This document shows, piece by piece, positions 13,479-26,082 of a DNA stretch of 64,000 nucleotides. Position numbers and translations under genes: made by a program. Under the pieces are notes generated by a model, which saw nothing but the letters and a program-made list of their open reading frames with translations, was not told the DNA's origin and ran no database searches. Where the stretch lies: contig NW_003526944.1 in assembly GCF_000181795.1 (NCBI RefSeq), positions 886,103 through 950,102 on the forward strand, read 5' to 3'. Source of the stretch: Trichinella spiralis (taxonomy: Eukaryota). Position 1 is the first letter of the stretch; each line of letters begins with the position of its first letter.

Positions 13479-14645
13479 TTAGCCCGAACGTTGCCGCTTG
13501 TAAGAAGCAGCTTGGCAAACGGAAATGTTCGCCCGGCGGGCGACTTGTTGCGAGCCACGTCGCAGCTTGTCGACACTGTCCAAGCAGAGCAGATGGACCA
13601 GCTTGTTGAAGGTGGTCCAGACGGTGTGAAGCAGCAACGGCGTGTCGAATTGGCCCACAGCGACCGTGGCCAGCAAACGATGGCAATCTTTGTCGACAAT
13701 CCACTGGACAGTGGGCACGCCGGTCAGGCTGATATCGATGTCCAACGCTTTGACACGCCTGACGCCGACTCGGTCGGCCAGGATGCCGGTGAAGTAGGCG
13801 TCGTCGACGCCGATGTAGCCCATGGAACGGTCGGAACGGGAGTTGATCGACAACACGCTCCGGTGGGCCCGTAGCAACAGGGAAGGCACGTCGCCGGTCA
13901 TGATCATGAAGCCGCCGGCGCAGTAGACCGGATATGTGGCGAAGCTGTCGCTGGTCAACGGCACCGCGTGCTTGCCGGACCGTCGGATCGTGGCTCGGGC
14001 CCAGCAGTTGCAGTAGATGGTGCCGCGTCGGTAGGGGACCGTCCCCAAAAACGACCGCAAGCCGTCGAGCCAGATCAACACGTCCGAGTCCATGTAGACG
14101 TAGAAGCGGTGGGTGGGGCGGTGTTCGACAATCCACTGCAACACGCCCAACGATTTGTAGCTCAAATTGCTGTACGAGTCCAAGTGGTCAGTTTGGAGAA
14201 TGTCGCCGTAGTGGTCGGCCTCCTGACGGGCGTGCGCATTGACGACGTCCAACGTCGACCGACCGACGACGAATACAATTCTGCCGACCAACGCCGCCGC
14301 CCAAGTGCGTCGAATTGCTTGTCGTTGGTCGAATTCCGATATGCGCGACTTGACTATCACCAGATAATCACGATCACCAGCCGAGCCGGAAGTCGACGAA
14401 CCGCACCTCGAACACAGCACATTGGTGGGCAAGATGCTCAGACGGCCGGTCAGTGGGAAAGTTCTGTGTTCGTTGTCGGCGACCACGGTGCCGGTGTAGA
14501 ATAGCAATGAAAAATCCAGCTCCGCTTGTTCGGAGCTGCTGGTGGATATGAAGTTGAGCAAAGCGACAGCACAACCCACCACTGCCACCATCAGCACAGC
14601 CCAAACTACGGGCCTGCTGCGATTGGAAGCGAACCGACGAACCAT
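13479..14645 (-). CDS. Intronless GT31 family beta-1,3-glycosyltransferase (B3GALT/Brainiac-like, type II membrane)
   Basis: 388 aa ORF with N-terminal TM segment. GT31 motifs: VKSRISEFDQRQAIRRTW, EADHYGDILQTDHLDSYSNLSYKS, DSD (DxD), YPVYCAGG, VDDAYFTGILA. Confidence 0.92.
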   Translation of the reverse strand: MVRRFASNRSRPVVWAVLMVAVVGCAVALLNFISTSSSEQAELDFSLLFYTGTVVADNEHRTFPLTGRLSILPTNVLCSRCGSSTSGSAGDRDYLVIVKSRISEFDQRQAIRRTWAAALVGRIVFVVGRSTLDVVNAHARQEADHYGDILQTDHLDSYSNLSYKSLGVLQWIVEHRPTHRFYVYMDSDVLIWLDGLRSFLGTVPYRRGTIYCNCWARATIRRSGKHAVPLTSDSFATYPVYCAGGFMIMTGDVPSLLLRAHRSVLSINSRSDRSMGYIGVDDAYFTGILADRVGVRRVKALDIDISLTGVPTVQWIVDKDCHRLLATVAVGQFDTPLLLHTVWTTFNKLVHLLCLDSVDKLRRGSQQVARRANISVCQAASYKRQRSG

Positions 14646-15872
14646 TGCTTTTTGCTGTACGTTCGTCGAAAAGCCAAATTCAATCGTCTCCTTCCAAACC
14701 GAGCCACACGCGTCGGATCAACATCGCGTGATCAAAAATTTGAATATATGTTGTTTCCGCGTCCGCGTTCGTTTGGCAATTTCTCTTCTCCTTTCCTGCG
14801 AGCAAAATTTAGCGAAAAATCTACGCAAAAACCGTAATCAAATCAAATAACATTCACAATCATTTTCAAAAAAGAAAAAAAAAACAACTCAAAGCTGATA
14901 AATAAATAAATAAATAAATAAATATGAATGGATTGAAGCATATATGTATATGTATATATATATGCTCAAAAAATTGTCAACAGCTAGTTGTTATCGCTTT
15001 CAAACGAAATCGAGGAAGATTTATTTCAATTAATTATCCACGACAATAGATGATGATGGTGTTGCATTTTTCTCACAAACAAATTGTATTTATTGTTCAG
15101 TGGATCATCATTTATTTATTTGACCACGTCGCCACAGTTCACAATTCCACCACCATCGAATAAGCATACTGTAGAACGAATTTGAAAATTAGAAATTTTT
15201 TTTGTTTGTTTTCAATCATCTCGAACGTTCTCGTTCGAAAGGTTCAATTTTTGTCAAAATTTGAATAATGCCGTTCAGCTGCGCCGTGCCGTTCGTCGGC
15301 AGTTTCCATGACTACCAGACAGACATTGTTCGCATATTTCTGCACTTGTTCCCACCGTTTTTCAAAAGAAGCAGAAAGAAAAATCGATAAATCATATTAA
15401 ATAAAAAGACACTTTAGCCGACCAACTGGACATTTTTCAATTAGGAAAACGAAATTTTTACAACTCGTGCAGCAAGTTGAAAACAATAATTTGCACCAAG
15501 CAAAAAAAAACACAACCCATCTTGAATGAAAAGTCGAACAGAAATATTAATTGATAAATAAATAATAAAAATTCAACTCACCCAAAAATGCACAATAATA
15601 TAATGAATGAATGAATGAATGAAAAACAACCGTGAATTTATTTTCAGCTTGAAAATTCTTGGCACAGCAGAAAATTCTACTTTGCACCCACACCCACAAA
15701 CACACAAACACAGGCGATGGACAATGACGTCTGATAAGGATGGCTGCGCTGGGAAGAAGAAAAACAAAACAAAATCAACTCTACAAAAATAAATTTGAAT
15801 TAAGTGACGTTCAAGTTTAAGGAAGACAACAGAATGGGGAATAGAGGTTCCAAGAAAAGGTACGGTAATAGA

Positions 15873-17208
15873 TCAATTGTCAAGTTCAATTTGATTTTCA
15901 TTTTCAAAATGAACCGAATCGACATGAACGGTGGAATATGATTCTCTGATGAACGTCCACGTTGATAGCACGGTCCAGATTGAGAACAGCCCGATGCCGA
16001 TCCAATGGGTGCTTCTCCACCAAGTGACATAAGCATACTGGGAATAAATCTGACCACCCAAAATGATGAGGCACATCTAATTTAAAATACAGACAAGAAA
16101 AGAAAAAAATATTCAATATTTAAGAGAGAAATGTTTCTTAAAGAAATCAATATTCAATACCAATGAACGAGCGAAAGACCAGACTATCAAATCTTTTTTG
16201 GCGACAAAATTCAAGACATTATTTGAATAAATTTTTGAAGATAACAAATTGGCACCGAAAAGACGCGACAAAAAAATGTGCGTTTCTGTCAGTGAATAGC
16301 GGACCTGTGAAATCGACGAGAATATGAAATTTTTTTAAAGACAGAATAAATGAACGACGAACACAATATAATACACATTTGATAAAATCATACTTGATTT
16401 TTCAAAAGCCAATCTGGTAGTGCAAACCACAAACTGCCAATTATAACTGCCGCTAAAGCGTCACATTGGACCAAAGAGTTGAACAGTCGATCTTGGCAAA
16501 CTTTTGCAAACAAGCAAAGAATAAAACGTCTTTTCACAATCAGAACGGACGTCAGGAAGATTTCGGCAGCGAAATTCAGCTTTAAAAATCTCAAGCTCTG
16601 CATAAATAAATAAATAAATACAAAAATGAATATAAAAAAATAATAGAACAATAAAATTGTTTTTATCAACTTGGATCACCAACCTCAGAATTCCACGTAT
16701 TGCTTATATCGTTCGTAGTCGACTGAGCATGAAGACAAAGTGCGTACGACAATGCAGAAGTCTGAAAAGAAAAAATTTGTTTAAATTACAATTAATTTTA
16801 ATTTCATTGATACTAGTCAATTGTCGGTTTGAAGATGATGAAAATAAATTTGTTAAACTTACAAGCAATCGATCGAGCAAAATGCAAGAATGCGTCGATC
16901 CGTCGGTCGAGTGGAACCAGCTATAACAAAGGTAGGCGTGAGCGATGAAAATTCCACCCAAAACGCGGGCCATGTGCCAGTGGACGCCGTCCGATTTGTG
17001 CACCTGTAAACAAGAGCAGAGTAATTCTGGATTTTGTAGAAATTTGCATAATTCACAATACCAAAATGACGTCCAGCAAATAATGCGGTGCTGCAACAAG
17101 ACACAGACCGAGCAGTGTCGACCGTAAACCGTCGAGAATCAGAAAAGCTTTCGAATCCATCGCTGTGTGCTTGCCGTGTAAATTTTTCGCCACACCTTTT
17201 TCCGTCAT
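15873..17208 (-). CDS. Multipass membrane protein with internal two-fold duplication (possibly TP53I11-like), multi-exon
   Basis: Hydrophobic exons with GT-AG borders. Half 1 LDGLRSTLLGLCLVAAPHYLL…HWHMARVLGG aligns with half 2 CDALAAVIIGSLWFALPDWLL…HIFLSRLFGA. Family name is tentative. Confidence 0.65.
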
Positions 17209-18302
17209 TGCTTCATACAACAAAAAATTTATGTTGCAAAATGTCGGAAGAAAAATGCTGAAAGTGAAAATTAAGGAAGCCAACAACAACAACAACAACA
17301 ACAACAAACAAAATATGAAAAATGTATGAATATTGTATTTTTATTTTTCAATTTCAAACGACGTAAAAATTCAATTCGACCAACATTCAATGCAAACCTT
17401 TTCAAGGTCAAATGAGTCGACTGTATCAACAACAGGACGACAGTAATCTCAACCGGTTGATAACTTGCTGCTGCTATTTGCACTTGACATTCATACTGTG
17501 CTCGTTTGGAGCAATTTTCAAAAATAGACACACCATAATTATTTGAATGTTTTTCTTTAAATTTCAATAGGCAAAACAGGCAAAAATAATAATTTGTATT
17601 AAAAGTATGCAACAAGTTGAAAGGTCACTTACATATGCAAATTTATACAATAATCGTAATTTTCAGCAAAACGTGAATAGAATTTCCATTCGTCAATTAC
17701 AAGAAAGCAAAAGAAAAAGTAACGAATGACTTTATTAACTACAAGCAAAATATATACGTTTATAAAATATTATAAATTTGATAATTTTTGTTTCAAAAAT
17801 TATACATTTTTTTAATTTTTCAATGCATAAAAATTATTCAAAAAACAAACAAAAATAGCCGAGGGTTTTTAATAATGCGTATCATGCTATGTAGTAAAAT
17901 AAATAAATAAATAAATAAATACGTCATCAATTTCGAAGCTTCCGTGATGTTCGGCTTCAGAATAATGAACAAGCACTGCTTTTATATATATATATAATCC
18001 TGGTGTACACCAGCTACTGGATTGCACCGTAGATGCAGTCGGCTCTGAACTTTCGGTATTAGTAGAAAACAGACCCGTTGAAATTGTGGTTTGTAACATG
18101 CAGAAAGATAGATGAACTGAAACTACGCCCAACATTTTACCCTGTTCAAAGGCAAAAACGGTATTTCATAACAAAACGTTAGTAGTAAAAAATCTACAGA
18201 ATATGCAAAGTGTACCACGAAAAATGTACATAATAAAAGGGGAAAAATGGAAATGAAATTTGTCATTAAAAAAATTCTAAATAGAAAGTAGCAATTTCTT
18301 CT

Positions 18303-20142
18303 TCATTTGTACTTTTTCCATTCTGAATCGCCTGAAATAAAAATTTTAATAATCATAATTCGTACGACAATAATTTTTTTTAATCAAATGAACAAGCTGA
18401 AAAATTGAATGAATAAAAAAAATTGACCTTCGGCATAGGATTCGATGCTGCTGAGAAATGAATTTCCATCAAAGCCACCGATAACAATCAAATGAGAATT
18501 GACGTCGACAAGGCGGGCGTTTGCTCTCGGGGTACGCATACTTTGGCCAGTATTCCAGACGCTGTTTTCATCGTCCAAATCGATAAATTCCACCGAATCC
18601 AATATTCCAACACCATCGCAACCACCAACCACGAACAGTTTTCCTTAAAAAATGAAATTTAAATTTGAAAAAAAAACATAATTACATTTTTATATATAAA
18701 ACAGTTTTTTAATTGTGAAATCTATTCAATGGAACAATAGCAATCGTACCGTTCATGACGGCGGCACCACAAGCACGTCTTGGAGTGGTCATTGGTGCAA
18801 TCATTGTCCACTTGTTCGACGCTGGGTCGTACACTTCAACAGTATTCAACTTCTCCCATCCATCACAACCGCCTATCACATAAATTTTTCCATTGTATAC
18901 AGCACACCCAGCTTCAGCACGTCCTGAAAATTCAAAATGGAAATAAACAAACAAACAAACAAACAAACAAACAAACAAATAAACACTTAATTGAATTCAA
19001 CGGGGCCACTGTACGCCAACAATTGTTCCCCGAATCATACTGAAGACATTCTCGAATCGCATCACCGCCGCTCCAACCGCCCAAACAGTACAAAGTGTCC
19101 AAATATGCTACAGCTTAATTTGAAAAAAACCAACAACAATGATTCGAAAAATACCAATAAAAAAATAAAAAATCATCATCAACTGCATACCTGCATTTGA
19201 TCGAGCCGATGGTAAATTGGCTAAACGTTTCCATTTGTTTCCATTATTCAATTCTTTGCCGAAGACAATCATCTCTACAGTGTCCAAATCATTGCTACCA
19301 TCCGAACCACCGACAATGTAAATCTACGAGATTTTAAAATTTAAATTTAAAAACAAAACAAAAAAAGAAACTCACTTCATTGCCAGAAGCGGCTGCATTA
19401 AATCTGCCTCTTTCACAAGTCATGCTTATGTAGTCGGTCCATTCGTTGTTCGTCACGTCGTAACATTCTGTACTTTTCAAACATTCTGCTCTGTTATAAC
19501 CACCTGAAATTTTAATTGAAAATATTTCAACAAAGCAAAACATCACCGTTAGCAGCAAAAAAAATACATTTAGTTAGCATAATTGAAAACAAGCAGCAAA
19601 TTTATAATAAAAAAATACCAAGAACAATGATGTAATTGTCGACCACTACAACGCCGAAAGCGCAACGGGAAGCGGCCATTTTTTCGAGACGTTCAGCAAC
19701 CAAAATTTCCCCATTCGCGACGCTGTTGTTCACGTGACTAGCAAGATGAATGCTAACCACGACCAAATGCTTGTGAATGACAAACAAGCCAGTAAAATTA
19801 TGCTCTGAAAATAAAGAAAAAAATACCACCAATAAATATTGTTGAACACTGTCGAATTTTATAATTACGACCAGTAGCAGCAGCAATTCAAAAAAAATCA
19901 AATTAGCAATAATACTTCATAAGCAGATGGAACTAGCTAAGCAGAACAAACCAACTGCTTACTAAACGTCTCAGGATAAATAACCTGTAGTCTTGTAGAG
20001 AGTGACAATTTTCCATTCGATTTCTTCGTGATCGCTGGATACAGAAATCAAACTATCAGCAGAAGTATGTCTTACGCTGGATGATTTTCTCGATGAAGTT
20101 GCTAAAAAGGAAGATAAATTGAAAAATAAAAAAAAACAATTT

Positions 20143-20173
<31 letters not shown>

Positions 20174-22142
20174 CATGATGCATGTTTGTGAGAATTAAAT
20201 CGGCCATTGGCATGCTTGTAATCTTGGACTAAATCGCAAGAGCCGACTGAAGACGAATCATCCACTTCGAAGCAATCACGAAGTGTCCAATCATTATCAA
20301 CATAAAATACGAATGTCTGAAAGAAAAAACAAAATATACAAAAAACAAATAAATACAATGCAGTGTACCTGGTTAGCAATGATGTCGGTACGAAATTCCA
20401 TGTGCGACGGAAGTTCTTTGACCAAACATTGAAACCAACTCAACAATTGGTCGCCGAACAATTTTTCATTAAATCTACTCCAATCCAAACACTGCTTCTC
20501 TAGATGAATAATTGTCGCCTGGAAATTTATTAATTTATTATTCATTTTTCAATCGTAAACAACTTACTTGCACATGAGGCAGGGAACTGAATTCTTTGCT
20601 TTCTTGCATTATTTGGGCGAAATGCTTTTCGATATAGTCGTCAACTTTCGCAGCAAGTAAATGATCGTTTATTCGATTAGCGCAACGTCGAGTGCCTGGA
20701 ATTTAAATTTTACGAATATTCTCTTCTCAAACAAGACAACGTCAGACAAAAAAAATAGAAGAAAATATTTTTCAAAAAGCCATACTTATGCAGTTTTGTA
20801 TGCAAAGATTTTCGGATAAATATTTGGCGCAAACCTTGGCCAGAGAGTCGACATGCAACAGACAAGACAAATCGTACAAGGCGGTCACTTTTTCTTTCGG
20901 TAAGCGTAAGCTAAATTGATATCAATTAGGATTTTAAAAAAAAAAACTGTACTAATTATTTTCATAGTTTCAGTAAATTAATAACTGACAATAAAAATAA
21001 TACAAAGTAACGAATATTTACATTTTATAATTATTTATTAGTTTGAATTAATTTTTCATTTTTATTCAATTCGAAGAAAGTCAATAATAATAAACTTCAT
21101 TTTCTACCGTAATCGCGTTCAGTTAAAGTAAGAATTATTGACAACAGACAACCGTAAAGCAGGTAATCAAACCATTCCAAGCGATAAGTAGGCACATTAA
21201 TATTCGTTCAAATATTGAAAGTATTCAATGATAACAATTATGCAACTTATTATTATTATTAAATTCTGCTACAGTTCTAGCTAGACTGAGGTGGTGGTAG
21301 CTGATAGCTTGAAGAAAACATTGAAAATTACTTTCCTCTGCGTCAGTTTGATTGATGGATCAACATTCAGTGGGAAAAACAATTTTTAACGTGCTTTACA
21401 AATTAATTAACAAACCACCAGATCCCTCCCACCGTGCTACTACTACGTAGCGAAGTGTTTGAACGCGATAATTAAGTGAAATAATAAATGAAGTTTGATT
21501 TTGAAAATTTGCTATTGGAATTTCGGAATAGAAAACAAATTTTCTGTCTCATTACCTTCCTCTGTAAATATATCCAACCAGGGCTTCCATGCAGTCGTAG
21601 TCGGCATGGGGAAAGTCGAGAAAAAGTCCACGTTCGTTGCGATAGACGCTTGCACAACAAGAATTGTGCATTGGAAAAGAATCGGCACTGGTCAAGTGTA
21701 AACTGTGACTACCGTTATCCGAATCATAAGTGGAATTCGACGAAAAGCTTCTGTGCTTGAATTTGGAATGGGATGTGATCAGTTCGCCAATCACCCCACC
21801 GGCAGAAGCCAAAACTACACAATGAGCGTGAATTTCTCTGTTGTTGACAATGATAAACACGTCGCAGAGTTCTCCATTTTGTCGAAGTATGCTCAACCAG
21901 CGGAGCAAATCATCCTGAAATATTTTGATAATATTTTTTTTCAGTGTAAAATATTCAAATACTACGAATACTTTGTGTTTATCATTGTAGAATATCAAAT
22001 CGGAACTTCGATTTCGAAAATGGCTATCTTCGTCTTCAATCAAGCTGCTGCACGCGCTGCTAGTGGAATTTGTTCTCGACAAAGCCGAACTGGACATGGA
22101 CATGCTACGCAAACTTTCACCGGCGGCATTCAGAAGCATCAT
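18303..22142 (-). CDS. IVNS1ABP: BTB/BACK-Kelch protein, influenza NS1A-binding protein-like (multi-exon)
   Basis: BTB: LRQNGELCDV…IHAHCVVLAS…ALVGYIYRG. Kelch repeats: GGYNRAECLKSTECYD, IYVIGGCDGWEKLNTVEVYDP, VGGCDGVGILDSVE, IGGFDGNSFLSSIESY. Last exon GDSEWKKYK*. Confidence 0.8.
18945..18978. repeat. (AAAC)n microsatellite in Kelch gene intron
   Basis: Direct reading aaacaaacaaac…. Confidence 0.85.
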
Positions 22143-23075
22143 CTCTTTTCCTCATATTCCAACCGAAACGTCAACGTCAACAATTAATTATTGGACACCA
22201 ACTTGTGAGACGCAAATAACTTGAAAATCTTCTGGTAAACAACTTAGTAAAATGTGAAAAAAAAACGCGAAAAGAAAAAAGAAAACTGCAAAAACAGAAC
22301 CGCGATTATTCAAACTTTTTACGCGAAATTGGAAAAACAAACAAACGAACGGGAAAACTGCTCGAAAAGGAATAATTTGAATTTGCTAACAATTACGAAA
22401 CAACGCTAGTCGATTAAAGAATTGGAAAAGTTCACAACGACCAACAAGAACAACAATGCAGGTACATTGAAATTATCGAACATCTCTGGTGGCTAACTAG
22501 AAAATGAAACGTCAGTAAGAAGGCTGGCTAATCTATCAATTCCATGTCAACGCCCACTCGTGCGAAGAATAAATCAAAATGTACAGTAGGATAAAAACAA
22601 GCAAGTACAATCGAAGAAAAACAACAAATTGAGTCTAATGCAAATGCAATTAATTGATTGTGGTATTTGAAAAATTTTATTTTTTCACCTTATACATGTG
22701 CGATGTGAAATTTAAAAATGACGACAAAGCAGAAATAGCAAAAAAAAGACAGAAAAAATTGGCTAAATAATTGATTCGATTGTTGGTTGGAGTGGTGGAA
22801 ATTTCAACGACAAATTGTTTGACCTGTTTTTCATTTTTTCAAATCTTGCTTCAGGTTTTATTTCGACGGTGAGCAGGAAAAAAAAGATTGCATTTTTCAG
22901 AGAGAAACGTGAAAAAAAAAGTTGAACTGTTCGACTGTTGTTGAGAACAGCAGCAAAATTTGAATTTTCAAAAAAAAAACTGGTGCAAGTTCAAAAAGTC
23001 AACTGAAAATAGCAAAGTGGTCAAATATTTGCATAAAGTTGTCGACAATCGTTGCAATTGTGATCGACGTGAACA

Positions 23076-23103
23076 AGAAGAAGAAGAAGAAGAAGAAGAA
23101 GAG
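23076..23103. repeat. (GAA)n microsatellite; second run at ~23248-23270
   Basis: Direct reading. Confidence 0.85.
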
Positions 23104-23473
23104 GTTAAAAAAAACTGTTCTGCCCACCTTCACAGCTTGAAAAGTGTTGAACGAGAACATTTTTCATGGATGAAAAAGAACAAACAGTCGAAACCAGTGC
23201 GAAATGAACAACAGTAAAACAGTATACTAAGACAAAGATAGAATAGGAAGAAGAAGAAGAAGAAGAAGAATAGAACCGCCACCATCAGAAATTTAAAGCG
23301 CTACAAGAAAGTTTGACCGTGGAATAGAAGAATAAAAGTGAACAAAATGTCGAATCAATTAGACAGAGAACAAACAAACACACAAACAAATAATAATAAT
23401 AAAAGGAAATCACAACCACCGCCCACCACCGGTCGAAAGCCTTTCCCCTTAATTTCACTTCAATGTGCACTCT

Positions 23474-25779
23474 TCAACCGTTTTCACTCATGCGATTCAT
23501 CGACTGCAGCCCAGCGAAAAATTTCACAGTTTCCAAAACGGACAGACTTTTGACGTGGATCTTCTTCATGTGCTGCTGCAGGGATGATCTGCAGGCGAAA
23601 GTTTGCCCGCATCCCGACTCTTCGCAAACGTACGGCTTCGAACCGGTATGGGTGTTGTTGTGGTCCATCAGCTGCACTAGGCTTCTAAATTTTAGCCCGC
23701 ATCCTTCCACCAAGCATTCGTAAAGGCGCCTCGGCTTGCCTTTTTTCCCTTCGTGCATCCGCTGCACGTGTCTGGTCAAGTAGCGAGCTATGGCGAAGTG
23801 CTTGCCGCAGTTTGGGCATTCGAAATGCAACTCTTCCCTAAGCAGACTGTTCTCTTTTCTCTGGTCCACTAATTTATCCGCGTGATTTTCCTACAAAATC
23901 AAACATCTTTTCGCCCAGTGCTAATATATGCATATATATAAATATAAATATATATAAATATATATATATCTATATCTATCAGGGCGTGACAGTTTTCCTT
24001 TCGCCCATTACTTAGCCTCCGCATGATAACACACACACACACACACACCCAATGGTCATCACACTGCTGACACAACCTACGATGCGGTTGTAAGTCGAAA
24101 ATCTGGACTGTTTTCACAGTAAAACACATTCCAGCTCGACCATCAACACAGCAATCAATGCCACGCAGATCTGACGGGATGCGCTTCTCTCTTTGTAGGC
24201 AATCAATTCAGCTCGAACATGAAGACCACTGGAACACAAGTCGACAAAAACGAAAAGAAAAAGAAAAAAAACAACAATTAAATTAATAAATCAATTTGGA
24301 AAATGAAAATCCGGTTGTTTTCCAATCAAACAAGCACTGGCCGAGCAGCATGCAGGCACTAGCTCGCCAGCTACTATTGAACAGACAAAAAATTGAAAAG
24401 CCTACAATACAACTCCACCTTAGCTGAGTTGTGATCTTATTTTTGTCAGCACTTGGTTGCTGTTGTAAAAGCTGCCTGTCGTCCGCTTCGATACATACTT
24501 GCCATAAAGTTTCAGAGCAAAATTTTCCATATCAATTTCAAATCACCTTACACATACACAGAGAAAGGAAATTTCACTTTTTCAAACAAACAAACAAGCA
24601 AACAACTGTCTGACTTTCCTATTTTATTGTCGCCGAAACAAAAACTTTTTGAAATGATACAAACTGATTTTCAGGCTAGTGCAATCAATCAATACCGTGC
24701 AACCGTGTAAAGCAAGAACAACGCACAGGTTAGTACAGTAAAATTGAAGCGATTCAAATCAGAAACCGATTTCACATGCTCCGGTCCGCTTAAACTCATA
24801 GCCCAAAAAAGAAAAAACAATTTCTTGCAAGCGATCCATTATAATACGAAATAGCGAATGACAAATCAGCCATCTAACACAGTTGGTTCGGTTGCTGTTG
24901 TTGTTGTGATGGTATTTTTCAAGTACTCTGAGAGAGAATCTGAGAAAAGCAACCAGCAAGCACTGTGCTTAGAGATTTCAAAGAAAAAAAAATCAAAAAT
25001 AAGAAAACAGCCCAGCCACACCACCAAACATGCTTGTTAATTCGAAAAGTGAACGTCGGCACATACTGTACAGTGATTTAGAAAACAACCTGATTTTCAT
25101 TTTGTTTACCCGTTGAACTGTAATCCAAATGCTAGCAGTGAGAAAAGTGGTAAAAATTAAAAGTGAAAAAGAGATCTTGTCATTGAGAAAAATAATCCGA
25201 GACAGTTCAGCTGAGAAAAAGCGGAGAATCTGAATTAGCATACTGGAACGTAATCCAACTTACCTTCACATGCCTGGCCATGGCACTCTTGGATACCTTA
25301 CGTGTGCAACCGGGCACTGGACACTGGATAAAATTTACGTGAGAGCGTAGATGTCTTCTCAAACATTGGCGCTGGGAGAACGTTTTGCCGCACTCGGTAC
25401 AATCCAACGGCAACGGATGCACCTTGGCCACGTGCTTGCGCAGTTCGTTGTATTTCTGAAAAGTCCTCTTGCACCCCTCACGCGAACACTTGTACCCTTC
25501 GTGGACTTTCTCATGTTTTTTCCAACTGCCGCGCGACTGGAACCGTTTTCCACATACGTTGCACCTGTAATCCCCGTGCGCCGAACGCACGTGGTCGCGG
25601 CAGAGTTTTTTGCTCTCGAATACTTTCAAACATCCGCTCTCTGGACAAATGTATTCGGTCACATATGGGCCAATGTTGTGCACATTGTGCAAGTGCTTCT
25701 TCAGCAAAATTTGGTTGCCAAATAGTTGACAACAATCTTCGACCCAGCATATCCACTGTCCATCATCACTACGTGACAT
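23474..25779 (-). CDS. GTF3A: Nine-C2H2-finger TFIIIA-like transcription factor; two exons 25779-25264 and 23890-23474 (~310 aa)
   Basis: Phase-0 splice AAG|GTAAGT…TTTGTAG|GAA joins RHVK to ENH and completes finger 6, giving nine fingers in total. HEKVHEGYKC…KHVAKVH matches the TFIIIA finger 5-6 short-linker signature. Confidence 0.75.
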
Positions 25780-26082
25780 GTTTCTATGAACAAACGGTTC
25801 AATTGTTCAAATTTGAAATTCAAATTCAAAAAACACATGAAACACAGTAAAAGAGAAAAGTAGAATAGACGGCTTTTGACCACCAAATTGAACACAACAA
25901 CAAATATGATAAACATTTATCATTCAACACTGTTCATTAAATAAATAAATAAATAAATAAATTTATGTATATTTAAAATGAAACAAACGAATGAATGTGA
26001 ATCAATTTAGCAAGAACATCATTTGTATGATGTTGTCTTCTTTTGAAAAAACATTTCTCTTCCTCCATTGGCATTGGCATCA

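Noticed and set aside
13418..14850. Multiple overlapping ORFs on both strands around the GT31 gene
   Set aside because: These are shadow ORFs caused by high GC; only 13479-14645 has family motifs.
23474..23869. Separate second zinc-finger gene
   Set aside because: It splices in phase to the 25779-25264 exon and completes a split finger, so it is one gene.
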